Shown in pieces: positions 29,493-40,600 of a stretch of 64,000 nucleotides of DNA. Location of the stretch: contig OZ223300.1 of NCBI GenBank assembly GCA_965140705.1, positions 1,664,001-1,728,000 on the forward strand, given 5' to 3'. Under the pieces are notes generated by a model that worked only from the letters and a program-made list of their open reading frames with translations, had not been told where the DNA came from and ran no database searches. The first letter of the stretch is position 1. Each line of letters begins with the position of its first letter. The DNA is from an uncultured Arcobacter sp. (GTDB lineage Bacteria > Campylobacterota > Campylobacteria > Campylobacterales > Arcobacteraceae). Made by a program: the position numbers and the translations under genes.

Positions 29493-30398
29493 TTTTAAAG
29501 CATGTTCTATTGCTACACCTTCTCGTAATCCATCATCAAAAACTATTGATTTATCTTTATTCAAAATTGTATAAAACAGTTTAAAAATAAATACTCCCGA
29601 CTCAATAAAGTCAGTTCTTCCCCCACCAACTAATTCATATATTTCTTCTTTTGATAAGGTTCTAAATTTATGTAAAAAATCTTCAATCTCTTTAAAAGTT
29701 AATTGAGTTCCATTTATAAGGTTTCTATCATAATTATTAAAGTTTAGCCCCAATTTAACTGCAGCTATAGTTGTAGGGGTTCCAGCAGTTGCTACAAAAT
29801 TAAAATCATCTATGTTAATATTTAAACTTTCAATAAAATGAGAAATTTCTTCTTTTCTTCCATCTAATTCTTTTAATAACTCATTTTGATTATTTTTATA
29901 CTTTTGAGATAAAGTTACAATTCCTATATCAAAACTTTTTGCAAAATATTCATTTCCATTATTAATAATAAGTTCTGTAGAACCCCCACCAATATCAATT
30001 AAAGCAAAATGTTCAGACTCTTTTTTTTCTCTTTTTAAAGCATACTTAACTGCTAAAAGAGTTAATCTTGCCTCTTCTTCTCCATTTATTATTTTAAAAT
30101 CAAGACCACATTCATCTTTAAATCTTTTTAATACTTCTTTGGAATTATCTGCCATTCTCATAGCAGCAGTTGTCACACAAATAGCATCTTTTGGATTAAA
30201 TTTTAACTTTTCAATTGACCTTTTAACAGCTCTTATTACCCTATTTTGAGCTTCAACTGAAATTTTCTTACTATCAACTAGTCCATCAGCCATACCCACA
30301 ACTTCTTGATATTCATCTATGATTTTATGATTTAAACCATCATAAAGTAAGGTTCTAAAAGAATTAGAACCTAAATCTATGGATACAATATTTCTCAT
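29481..30398 (-). CDS. Ppx/GppA family phosphatase
   Basis: IDLGSNSFR, TAAMR, GEEEARL, DIGGGSTE, GLREG. Confidence 0.92.
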   Translation of the reverse strand: MRNIVSIDLGSNSFRTLLYDGLNHKIIDEYQEVVGMADGLVDSKKISVEAQNRVIRAVKRSIEKLKFNPKDAICVTTAAMRMADNSKEVLKRFKDECGLDFKIINGEEEARLTLLAVKYALKREKKESEHFALIDIGGGSTELIINNGNEYFAKSFDIGIVTLSQKYKNNQNELLKELDGRKEEISHFIESLNINIDDFNFVATAGTPTTIAAVKLGLNFNNYDRNLINGTQLTFKEIEDFLHKFRTLSKEEIYELVGGGRTDFIESGVFIFKLFYTILNKDKSIVFDDGLREGVAIEHALKLSK

Positions 30399-30955
30399 TA
30401 AGGATGTGGGATTTTAATTTTTGAATTAAGTAAATAACCTATAATAATCATAGATATTAAAACTATAGTTTCAGGTAGAATTCCTGTTAACCAAATAAGA
30501 TACACAACAAAAAGTAAAATAGCACCAAGAGGTGTAGGAATACCTGTAAAGTATTTTTCCACTTGCCCTTCTTGAGCATCTATATTAAACTTTATCAATC
30601 TTCTAAGCCCTGAAATAATGTAATATATGAAAGTAAATAATACAAGTACTGTATTTAATTCTAACTCTTTACCATCAATTATTGCAAAATAAATAAACAT
30701 ACTAGGAACAATAACAAAAGATAAAAAATCAGCATAAGAGTCAAGTTGTATTCCAAACTCTGTTGATAAGTTATATTTTCTTGCAATTTTTCCATCAACA
30801 ATATCAAACGCTCCTGCAATCCATGCAAAAAGCGCCGCACCAAAAAACTGTCCATGTGTAATAAAATATATTGCTAATATACCAGCACTTATATTAAAAA
30901 ATGTAGCTAAATTAGCTAGATTAAAATGATTATATTTATTAAATAAAAAACCCAA
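30398..30955 (-). CDS. CDP-alcohol phosphatidyltransferase (PssA-like)
   Basis: DIVDGKIAR...FGIQLDSYAD signature; YFTGIPTP. Confidence 0.85.
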   Translation of the reverse strand: MGFLFNKYNHFNLANLATFFNISAGILAIYFITHGQFFGAALFAWIAGAFDIVDGKIARKYNLSTEFGIQLDSYADFLSFVIVPSMFIYFAIIDGKELELNTVLVLFTFIYYIISGLRRLIKFNIDAQEGQVEKYFTGIPTPLGAILLFVVYLIWLTGILPETIVLISMIIIGYLLNSKIKIPHP

Positions 30956-30964
30956 AATTTTCCT

Positions 30965-32062
30965 TTATATTGTATATTGGTTTCTACCATTTTGTTTAGA
31001 TTTATATAACTTTTCATCGGCAAGTTTATATAACCTATTTGTAGAAACATTTGAACCTGGTTCATAAATAACAGCTCCAATAGATACTGTTACATATTTA
31101 TTTGCTTTACTCTCTTTGTGTTCAATTTTTAAAAACTCAACTAGTTTTAAAATTGCTGCTAAACAATTTTCTAAAATCTCTTTATCCACATCAAATAATA
31201 TAGCACCAAACTCTTCTCCACCTAACCTAAAAACATACTCATACTCTTTGTTAAAGTATTTTTTCAATTCATTTGCAACAGCTTTTAGAGTTTTATCTCC
31301 CATATCATGACCATAAGTATCATTATATTGTTTGAAAAAATCAATATCAAACATTACAAAAGCAGTTTGCCATTTGTTTGAATTTGATACAACTGGAATA
31401 CTATCAAATATTGTATCAAAATACCCTCTATTATATAATAATGTCATTGAATCTGTTATAGATTCTATTTTATATTTTTTGTTTAATATTGTTAGATGGT
31501 TATCTTTCTTAATAATACTATATGTTAAATAAATAAAAATAGCAAAAGAGAAAATAATTAAAGCAATGATATTATAAAAAAGTAGTTTTTTCATATTTTC
31601 ATATCTATTTAAAAACTCTTTTCTTTGTTTTCTAGCATTATTTATCTCGTATTCAATTAAAAAATTTATTTTTTGAATCATAATTGTATATTTCATACTA
31701 TTTTTATCCATAAATGAAACTTTTATATCTTCATCTATAGAATCAACAACTTTTCTCTCTTGTATAGTTTTATAAGCTTTAAAATAAGCATTCCAATTTG
31801 ATTGAATTATTCTTTGACTTTTTTTAATTGAACAAAGTTTTTCTCTATTTTGAAGACATATAATCATATCTTTATAACTTGAAGATATGTTTTGAAGATT
31901 TGTAACAGGAATAAAGTTACCAAAATATATTTTATCTATTTGTTTTTTTAGGTTTTCAATTTGTGAATTGAATATAAAACTAGCCATTACAAGCATCATT
32001 ATTATAGTTATTAACAATAATACCAATTTAAAGCTAACTGAGTCAAAAATACGTTTTTTCAT
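30965..32062 (-). CDS. membrane-bound diguanylate cyclase
   Basis: Two TM helices flanking a helical sensor; DIDFFKQYNDTYGH and RLGGEEF. Confidence 0.9.
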   Translation of the reverse strand: MKKRIFDSVSFKLVLLLITIIMMLVMASFIFNSQIENLKKQIDKIYFGNFIPVTNLQNISSSYKDMIICLQNREKLCSIKKSQRIIQSNWNAYFKAYKTIQERKVVDSIDEDIKVSFMDKNSMKYTIMIQKINFLIEYEINNARKQRKEFLNRYENMKKLLFYNIIALIIFSFAIFIYLTYSIIKKDNHLTILNKKYKIESITDSMTLLYNRGYFDTIFDSIPVVSNSNKWQTAFVMFDIDFFKQYNDTYGHDMGDKTLKAVANELKKYFNKEYEYVFRLGGEEFGAILFDVDKEILENCLAAILKLVEFLKIEHKESKANKYVTVSIGAVIYEPGSNVSTNRLYKLADEKLYKSKQNGRNQYTI

Positions 32063-32166
32063 TATTTCTATTATATAAAAATAATTATTAAACCAAGTAA
32101 AAATTATATTTGCTTTTTATTAGAAAATTTAGATAAAATTAAGCATATCCTTTGAAAGGAAACATT

Positions 32167-32415
32167 ATGGAAATAAATAGCAATCTTGGGGCAATGAGAT
32201 TAGAAGAACTCAAACTAAATGATTCTGCTAAAAATATTGCAAATCCTAAAACATATGCAAAGCCAAGCAATGAAGAAGTTACACAAGAAGTTACTCCTGA
32301 TTTAATAAAATCTATTACAGAACAAATACCTATTCCTATAGCATATCAAGCAAATGCTAATAGTATAAAAGTGCAAAATGAAATTTTTGCATCAACAATA
32401 AATATAAAAGCATAA
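32167..32415 (+). CDS. small flagellar basal-body-rod-like protein
   Basis: SAKNIAN (ANNIAN-like) and DL..SITEQ...AYQANANSIKVQNE...INIKA (rod C-terminal-like); ATG 32167 behind AAAGGA. Confidence 0.65.
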   Translation: MEINSNLGAMRLEELKLNDSAKNIANPKTYAKPSNEEVTQEVTPDLIKSITEQIPIPIAYQANANSIKVQNEIFASTINIKA

Positions 32416-32419
32416 AATA

Positions 32420-32851
32420 ATGGATAAGATAAAAGTAGTTTGTTCTTCTTGTAATAGTGTAAATTCTATTCCCAAAAAAGATAGTTATAAAGTAGCTAAT
32501 TGTGGTAAATGCAAAGAATCACTTTTAAATACTAAACCACTTGATTTAAATGATTCAAACTTTGATTTACAAATTGTAAATTCAGATATTCCAGTAATTG
32601 TAGATTTTTGGGCACCATGGTGTGGACCTTGTAAAATGTTTGCACCAACATTTGAAAAAACAAGTGCAAAGTATCCCTTAAAAGCAAAATTTGCAAAAGT
32701 AAATACAGAAGTTGAGCAAAACTTAGGTTCTAAGTATCAAATACGCTCAATTCCCACTTTAATTATATATAAAGCAGGAAAAGAGATGGAAAGAGTATCA
32801 GGAGCATTAGATTCTACAAGATTAGATATGCTAATTAATAAATATATTTAA
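32420..32851 (+). CDS. trxC: thioredoxin 2 with zinc finger
   Basis: CSSC...CGKC plus WCGPC. Confidence 0.92.
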   Translation: MDKIKVVCSSCNSVNSIPKKDSYKVANCGKCKESLLNTKPLDLNDSNFDLQIVNSDIPVIVDFWAPWCGPCKMFAPTFEKTSAKYPLKAKFAKVNTEVEQNLGSKYQIRSIPTLIIYKAGKEMERVSGALDSTRLDMLINKYI

Positions 32852-33600
32852 TCCAATAACTCTTTATCAAAAAAAGTTGAAGTTTGAATATTTTTGAATG
32901 CTGCTTTCATAGAAACGAACATTTGAGGATTTTCTTCTTCCATTTTCTCTAATAACTCTTTTGTTGCAGCTCTTGCATGTGGCATTTTAATATCAAATCT
33001 CATAGCAGGACAAGCTTCATCACCTATTACACTTATTTCGTTTGTTTGAGCAAAAGCTCTTAATTGTCTCTCTCTACAAAAAATAAGTGGACGAATAACT
33101 TCTAGCCCATTTTCAGCTTTATATCTAGGAGGCATAGATCTCAAAGCCCCATTATAAAGAAAATTCATAAAAAATGATTCCATGGCATCATCTAAGTGAT
33201 GTCCTAAAGCCAATTTATTATATCCTTGCTCTTGTGCAGTTGAATATAAATACCCTCTTCTCATTCTTGAAAAGAATGAACAAAATGAAGAGTTTTTTCT
33301 TATTTTTTCTTTTGATAATTCAAAAATTTCTGTATCAATTATCTCATGTTCTATTCCATGTTCAGCACAATGTTTTGACAGGAATTCAACTTGTTCTCCC
33401 ATACCATAAGTTACAGTAACTGCTTTGAATTCAAAATCAAATGGAGTAACTTTTTTTAAATAATTCAAAGCATGAATTAATGTCGTTGAGTCTTTTCCAC
33501 CTGAAAATCCAACTAAAACTCTATCACCATCTTTTATTAGCCCATATTCTGCATTTGTCCGTCCAACTACACTTGAAATTTTTTTACTTAATTCAATCAA
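32848..33600 (-). CDS. ttcA: TtcA-family tRNA 2-thiocytidine biosynthesis protein
   Basis: PP-loop SGGKDS, SRMRRG, LGHHLDD, VIRPL. Confidence 0.8.
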   Translation of the reverse strand: MIELSKKISSVVGRTNAEYGLIKDGDRVLVGFSGGKDSTTLIHALNYLKKVTPFDFEFKAVTVTYGMGEQVEFLSKHCAEHGIEHEIIDTEIFELSKEKIRKNSSFCSFFSRMRRGYLYSTAQEQGYNKLALGHHLDDAMESFFMNFLYNGALRSMPPRYKAENGLEVIRPLIFCRERQLRAFAQTNEISVIGDEACPAMRFDIKMPHARAATKELLEKMEEENPQMFVSMKAAFKNIQTSTFFDKELLD

Positions 33601-33789
33601 TTTTTCTTTTCCTAAACTTTTTTCGCGATTATATCATAATTTATATGGAAACCTATTTTAATCAAAAAATCTTGCCAAATTTTATCTATTTCTTTTTATT
33701 TAATATTCCTCGATGAAATACTACAAAATTAACTACAGTTTTAGAAAAAGTTACTATAATTTGGAGATAATTTAATATAAAGATAAAAA

Positions 33790-33978
33790 ATGACAACAGA
33801 AGAAATAAGCCAATTTAGAGAAAAAATTAGTGAAACTATTATGCCTATTGCTCAAAATATGAAAGATGCAGATATAAAAGAGTTAATAGAACACATTGAG
33901 AAAGAAAATCCTGAACTTCCTGAAGGCTTTGGAAATATGCTTTATGAGCAAGTTCTTATATTAAAATATAAAAAATAA
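33790..33978 (+). CDS. small hypothetical protein
   Basis: 62-aa helical ORF with typical codon usage in an otherwise intergenic space; TATAAT upstream. Confidence 0.7.
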   Translation: MTTEEISQFREKISETIMPIAQNMKDADIKELIEHIEKENPELPEGFGNMLYEQVLILKYKK

Positions 33979-34017
33979 TTTTACTTTTTATATTTTAACT
34001 TTAAATAAATACAAATA

Positions 34018-35886
34018 TCAAATTTCTTCGTGAAACTCTTTTTTATTTGTATTTTCTACAACTTTTTCTGCTATTTTATTTACTTCAATTGCCACATGAT
34101 TAGCTTCAGAAGCAACAACTGCATTTTGTTGTGTTACTTGGTCTAATTTATTAATTGTACTATTAATTTGTTCCATAGCACTAAATTGCTCTTTTGAAGA
34201 GTTAGAAACTTCTGAAATAAGAGATAAGGTATTATGAATATTACTATTTAATCTTTCATACCCATTAATCATATCTGTTGATATTCTTTTACCTTCATTT
34301 GTTTTTTCAGTAGCATTTTCCACTAAACTTTTTATCTCATTTGCTGCTTCTGCACTTCTTGAAGCTAAGTTTCTTACTTCCCCAGCAACTACAGCAAATC
34401 CTTTACCTGCTTCCCCTGCCGTTGCAGCTTCAACTGCAGCATTTAGACTTAAAATATTTGTTTGGAAAGCTATTTGATCAATAATTGTAATTGCCTCTGC
34501 AATAGCTTGTGTTTGTTCATTTATCTCATCCATTGAAGAAGCTGTTTTTGAAGCTAAGTCTTCCCCTTGGGTTACTGAATTGGAAACTTCATTTGCATAA
34601 TTATTCATTTGTGCTATGTTATTTGAACTATTTTTCATATTTGATGTTATCTCTTCAATTGCAGCAGCAGACTCTTCTAATGATGCAGCTTGATTATTTG
34701 CTGAAATGGTTAAACTATCTACACCTTTTGACAATTTATCTGCATTTGTTGATAAGTCTATTCCCATTTTCTTATTTTCAATCAACATAGTCGTTATTGC
34801 ATGACCTAAATTATTTATATCATCACAAAGTGCTTTTAAGTCACCCTCCATATGAGTTGTATCTATTTTAGCTCTATAATCATAGTTTGTATAAGAAGAT
34901 AATACTTTCATTGCATTTTGAATATTTTCTCTTACTACAAAAAGCATTTGGTTTATAACTTCTTTTAATTCATGAAGTGTAGGATTTAGAGTATCACCAT
35001 TAATAGATACATCTAAAATACCTTTTTTAGCCTCATTTGCACAATGAATTGCACTATCAACTAATACTCTATCTTTCTCAATAGCAATTTTAGTTTTTGT
35101 AATACTGTTATTTATGATTTTTGCCATACTTCCTAATTCATCTGAAGAGTTTAATTGAATCTCTTTTGCATCACTTTTTTCTTGATTTAAATATTGAAAA
35201 AAATCTAATAATCCATCCTGAAATATAGAAAGAGGTTTTTTAATTGAATTGGTAACTCCAATAATAATAAAAAATAACAAACTTATCACCACAGCAACAA
35301 GTGCATATAGGGTATATCTAGTCTTTTTTATCTTATCTAAAGCAAATTCATAACTTAAATTATTTTGTTTATATGCAAATTCATTAATACTTTTTAAATC
35401 TTTAGAAATTTTAGTAAAAGGAATATCACTTTCTAAAATTTTATCTAGATAAATATTCATAACATCATTCATTGCATCAGTAATTTGTCCATTATAATCT
35501 TTTAAATTAACATCAATATCTTTAATCAGTTTTTTTACTTTTTTATCTTCTACAACTGACTTTAATAGCTTTTTATAATCTTCATCAACTACTTTTCTAA
35601 TATCATTTAGTTTTTTTATCTCTGCATTAATTTCTGGTTCATCATATGCACCAGTTACATAATTAAAAACTTTATATAAAATTCCATTATATAATTCTAT
35701 ATCAGACAAAAACTTACTACTTGTTTGATAAAGTTCAAATTTAACTTCAACTATCTCTTTTAATGTATTTTTATTTGAAGTTAAAGAGTTATTTGCAAAT
35801 ATTGCTAATGTTAATAAAAATAATAATGCAATACTTGGTGCAATTAAAACTTTATAACCGATTTTTAGATTTTTTAATCCAAACAT
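34018..35886 (-). CDS. methyl-accepting chemotaxis protein
   Basis: Two TM, HAMP-like domains, [37 protein letters not shown]. Confidence 0.96.
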   Translation of the reverse strand: MFGLKNLKIGYKVLIAPSIALLFLLTLAIFANNSLTSNKNTLKEIVEVKFELYQTSSKFLSDIELYNGILYKVFNYVTGAYDEPEINAEIKKLNDIRKVVDEDYKKLLKSVVEDKKVKKLIKDIDVNLKDYNGQITDAMNDVMNIYLDKILESDIPFTKISKDLKSINEFAYKQNNLSYEFALDKIKKTRYTLYALVAVVISLLFFIIIGVTNSIKKPLSIFQDGLLDFFQYLNQEKSDAKEIQLNSSDELGSMAKIINNSITKTKIAIEKDRVLVDSAIHCANEAKKGILDVSINGDTLNPTLHELKEVINQMLFVVRENIQNAMKVLSSYTNYDYRAKIDTTHMEGDLKALCDDINNLGHAITTMLIENKKMGIDLSTNADKLSKGVDSLTISANNQAASLEESAAAIEEITSNMKNSSNNIAQMNNYANEVSNSVTQGEDLASKTASSMDEINEQTQAIAEAITIIDQIAFQTNILSLNAAVEAATAGEAGKGFAVVAGEVRNLASRSAEAANEIKSLVENATEKTNEGKRISTDMINGYERLNSNIHNTLSLISEVSNSSKEQFSAMEQINSTINKLDQVTQQNAVVASEANHVAIEVNKIAEKVVENTNKKEFHEEI

Positions 35887-35897
35887 AAATTTCCTTC

Positions 35898-37595
35898 TTA
35901 TTTTTTTATTAATATTCTTCTCTCAAATAAAGCATCCATATCATCATGAATAATTGAATCTTTATCTAAGAAAATTAATTTATCTTTATTTAGTTGATTG
36001 ACATTTTTCAATCCCATTACTGCAAGTAAACTTTTCATACTTTTTAAAATATTTTTATGATAGTTTTTAACATTACTTGCATGTTTTTTTACAAAATAAT
36101 GCTTTCTTTTTTTAATATCTTGTGTTGCTAATCCAACTGGACATTGATGTTCCCCTGCACCAGAACAATATCTTGCACGAATACACCCTGCACTCATCAT
36201 AAAACCTCTGGCAATTTGTACAAAATCAGCACCCAAACAAAGTGTTATAACTACATCATCAGGAGTCAAGATTTTACCACTTGCGGATAATTTTACTTTG
36301 TCTCTAACTCCATAATCTTTTAATACTTTATCAACCAAATATAAAGCATCTCTAATATCCATACCAATTCTTTCCATCATATCCAATGGAGCAGTAGCAC
36401 TTCCTCCACTTCCTCCATCAATAGAAATATAATCAGGATAAGGTAAACCTAATTTTTCTCTTCTTTTTATCTCTTTTGCTATTGGAACAATATTGTCATA
36501 ATCAGAAATAACTATTTTAATTCCCACTGGTTTTTTTGATAATTCTTGCAACTGGCCTATAAAATCAAACAACTCTTCAGTAGTATTTGCATAAGGAAAC
36601 CTATTAGGAGAAAAAGCATCCTTATGAGCTTCAATATTTCTATAATAAGCAATAGATGGGGTTACTTTTTCAGCAATTAACTTACCACCAGTTTGTTTAG
36701 CGCCTTGAGCAATTTTTATCTCAGTCATTTGACAAAAACTCATTTGTTTTTTATATCGTTCTTTGTCAAACTTACCATCTTTTGTTCTAACACCATATAG
36801 ACCTGAGCTTATTTGTAAAATAATATCTGGCATATCTTCAGGTACTTCACTTGGGAAAGCTTCAATTGGGGCTTCCCAGTTTGGCCTAAAAAAACACTCT
36901 TTATCTTTATTAAAAACATAAGTATCTGCTTCTAAATCTTTTTTAAATAAACTTCTTCTATAAAAATCAATAGCTACAGGTTCATTAAATAAGATTTTTG
37001 ATAATCTAAAAATCTTATGCTGTAAGGCATTACCAGTAACTTCTTTCATATACTTTGTATCATAATTATAATGTGTTACAAAAAAATTAGAAGTCAATCC
37101 TCCTTCACCTGAATTTATTGGAAAATTTCCATCCTTTGCTCCATAAACAAAAGCCCTAGTTCCTTCAGGAGATATAGAACCATCACTCATAGGACCACGA
37201 CCTAAAATAGAATTTGCAACAAATGGTTTTTCTCTATTTTCACCAAATGTAACTGAAAATTCATTATCAATTTCATCTTCATTTAATACAATATTTGTGT
37301 GTCTTAACATAAATTTTGGTTTAGGTAATGGCTGAGAAGGAGAAAAAGATGAAAAGTTTATCTTATCCCTTGAAGCACTATATACCCAATCTAATTTATC
37401 CATTGATTCATAAAATTTTTCATCACCAAAATATTGTCTAAAAGGTTCTCTAAACTCTTGAAAAACAAATCTTAAACGACCAACAATTGGATAATTAACT
37501 AAAATTTGATGTTTTCTTTGAACATATTTATCATGGACATACCACATAAATATACCTAAACCAAAAACTACTAATACTATAAACCAAGTTTCCAT
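35898..37595 (-). CDS. FMN-binding glutamate synthase family protein (stand-alone, N-terminal TM)
   Basis: [32 protein letters not shown], Fe-S motif [17 protein letters not shown]; no amidotransferase domain. Confidence 0.88.
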   Translation of the reverse strand: METWFIVLVVFGLGIFMWYVHDKYVQRKHQILVNYPIVGRLRFVFQEFREPFRQYFGDEKFYESMDKLDWVYSASRDKINFSSFSPSQPLPKPKFMLRHTNIVLNEDEIDNEFSVTFGENREKPFVANSILGRGPMSDGSISPEGTRAFVYGAKDGNFPINSGEGGLTSNFFVTHYNYDTKYMKEVTGNALQHKIFRLSKILFNEPVAIDFYRRSLFKKDLEADTYVFNKDKECFFRPNWEAPIEAFPSEVPEDMPDIILQISSGLYGVRTKDGKFDKERYKKQMSFCQMTEIKIAQGAKQTGGKLIAEKVTPSIAYYRNIEAHKDAFSPNRFPYANTTEELFDFIGQLQELSKKPVGIKIVISDYDNIVPIAKEIKRREKLGLPYPDYISIDGGSGGSATAPLDMMERIGMDIRDALYLVDKVLKDYGVRDKVKLSASGKILTPDDVVITLCLGADFVQIARGFMMSAGCIRARYCSGAGEHQCPVGLATQDIKKRKHYFVKKHASNVKNYHKNILKSMKSLLAVMGLKNVNQLNKDKLIFLDKDSIIHDDMDALFERRILIKK

Positions 37596-37673
37596 ATATA
37601 ATTCCTACTATATTTTTTAAGGCTTTTTAACATCACGAAAGGCATAAAAGTGGGGTTAAAATTTAAAGAAAGT

Positions 37674-37699
37674 AATAAGAAGGAAAATTCCTTCTTATT
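37674..37699 (-). terminator. hairpin at the putA stop
   Basis: AATAAGAAGGAA-AA-TTCCTTCTTATT. Confidence 0.6.
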
Positions 37700-40600
37700 T
37701 TAAACCTCTTGCACCAATATTCCCATATCTATGGAAAGAGTGAGAGATTGATTGCTCAATGAAATAGTTAAGAAGTTCTAGTCTTCCTTCCATCATTGGG
37801 GCTTGTCTTACTATGTACGTAAGAGATTTTGATGCAGCTTCAAAAATTGAAGCAGGAACTTTAGAAATATCAGAGTAAATAACTCTTTGATAATCTTTTA
37901 TTGTAGTTGCAAAAGCTTTATCATCTTCTTCAATCACATTATTAGTTTCTAATAAAACAGCTGATTTGGATAAAAAATCTTTAATTGTGGCATTACTATT
38001 AATTGAAACAGTAAAGTTTACATTTGAAATTCTTGCTGCTAAGATTCTAGATACTACTTCAAAAATTGTGTCATCAGAGCTTACTCTAATTACAACTTTA
38101 TCTAATGGTAAATATCTAAAGTGATTATCTTCACCTCTTACTTCGCAATAATCTTTTGCTTTACTAAATTCATTTTCATAATTTTCATAATATGATTGAA
38201 CAGCAACTGCTAATTTTTCAAAATCTTCTTTATTTTCACCTTTTGATTTACAAGAATCAATAAATTTAACTAAATCAGAATTATATTTTTTGCTTACAAC
38301 TGGGCTTGATTTTTCAGTAAAATTAACAAATTGTGTAATATAGTTAAAAATACCAACTTTTCTTCCTGCACCAATAGCAGATTTTCCCATACCACCAAAT
38401 GGCTGTCGTAGAACAATCGCACCAGTCGTTCCTCTATTTACATAAAGATTTCCAGCTTTAAGATTCTCTTTCCAATATGTAACTTCTCTTTCATCAAGAG
38501 ATTCAATACCAGAAGTCAATCCATAACCTGTAGCATTTACAATTTTCACAGCATGCTCTAAATCTTTAGCTTTTATAACTGCAAGTACTGGTCCGAAAAG
38601 TTCATTCATATGAATGAAACTACCCTCTTCTACTCCCCATTTAATTGCAGGTTTTAACATATACTCATTACCTTCTGCATAAGAAGGGGCCAATAACCAC
38701 TCTTCATTACCTTCTAAAGTTTCAATAGCTTTTTTAAGGTTTCCAGAAACAGGATTTGCTAAAGTACCAATTCTATTCTTGAAATCCCAAATAGAACCAA
38801 CACTCATAGAACGTGCTGTATCAACTAAAGCTTTTTTAAATGATTCATCATTATAAACTTCTTCTTCTAAAACTAAAAGTGAAGTTGCAGAACATTTTTG
38901 ACCAGAGTTATTAAATGCACTTAAACATACATTTTTAATTGCTTGTTCTCTATCTGCCATATTTGTAACAATAGTTGCATCTTTTCCACCAGTTTCTGCA
39001 GTTAATTGTAGGTCTGGTCTTGTTTTTAACATTGTTGCCGCTGTATCTTCACCACCAGTTAAAATTACAAAATCTACATCTTTGTTTGCTATTAAATGTT
39101 CACCTGCAAGTGCTCCTGGACAAGGAACAAATTGAAGTACATTTTTAGAAATACCAGCATCCCAAAAACATTTACACATCTCATAGGCAGTTAAAGCAGC
39201 AACTGAAGCAGGTTTGATAATTACTGTATTACCAGCGGCTAAAGTTGCAGCAACTCCACCTAATGGAATAGCAACTGGGAAGTTCCATGGTGGTACAACA
39301 ACACCTACACCTTTACCAGTAAACTCTATATTTTCATATTTATCAAAGTGGTGAGCACTAAATGGGTAGAATTCTACAAAGTCAACTGCTTCAGAAACTT
39401 CAACATCAGTTTCAGTAAATACTTTACCAACTTCTGCTGCTGCAATACCTATTAAACTATCTCTTCTTTCTTTTAATTTATTACTAACATGTTTAAGTGC
39501 TTCATGTCTTTGCTCATGTGTTAAACTTCTCCAACCATCAACATCAGCTTTTGCAACTTCAACAGCTCTTTTAAGGTCTTCAGCATTTGCATTTGCAAAT
39601 TTACCTGCTAATACACCATCTTCAATTTGACATTTATCAATAGCTTCAACAACTTTTCTATCTTCTACAATATCTTCACCACCAACAACAATTGGAGTGA
39701 TTTTATGTTCTGTATCTTTTGAGAATTTCCATTTTTTAACAATATTTTTAGCCCATTCTTGATTTGCTGGTAAAATAAAATCTGTATCAGCTTCGGCATG
39801 GTATTCTTTTGTATCATATGAAGTATGTGAAAAGTCGTCCCATTTTTCTGTAAGTCTATTTTGAGTTCTTTTAGAACCTACAAATGAAGTTTTTTCATTT
39901 TCAAAAGATTTTAAAAATAACTCTTTTTGCATATTCCAATCTTCTGAACCAACAGTCAATCCAAAAGAGTATCTAATAAAGTTATCTGGCCCTGTATTTT
40001 CATCAAGTCTTCTTACTAAGTATGCAATAGCATTTGTAAATTGTTCTTTTGCAGCAGTTGGTGCATATAAAATTACAGATTTAGAAATCTCATTTATAGC
40101 AAGTCTTGCAGCTTCACTCATACCTTCTAGCATCTCTAAAGTATGGTATTTAGTAGTACCATTTTCTTGTGCTAAAGTTGTAGCAAAAGCAAGTTCAAAT
40201 AAGTTGTGAGATGCAGTTCCAATATGCATATAAGGAGCATTTTCAGGATCAAGAGCATATCTTGCCATTCTTTTATAGTTAGAATCTGTATCAGATTTAT
40301 CAATATATGTTACCATCTCCCAGTGTTTTTGACTAGCTTCAGTCTCTTCCATCTCCATGTTAGCCCCTTTTACAAGTCTAAACTTAATAGGAGAACCACC
40401 ATTTTCAACTCTTTTTTTAGCCCAAGCTAATAAATCTTTTTGTACTAAAAATGAATCAGGAACATATGCTTGTAAAACAATACCAGCATAAAAATCTTTA
40501 AATTGTGGTTTATCTAATGTTCTTTTGAATACTTCAACTGTAATAGCTAAGTCTCTATACTCTTCCATATCTAGATTGATAAATTTATTTGATTTTGTTC

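Noticed and set aside
33645..33716. 23-aa ORF between ttcA and the 62-aa gene
   Set aside because: No SD; lies in an AT-rich divergent promoter region
37624..37661. Riboswitch upstream of the glutamate-synthase-like gene
   Set aside because: Only a weak imperfect inverted repeat; no recognisable aptamer
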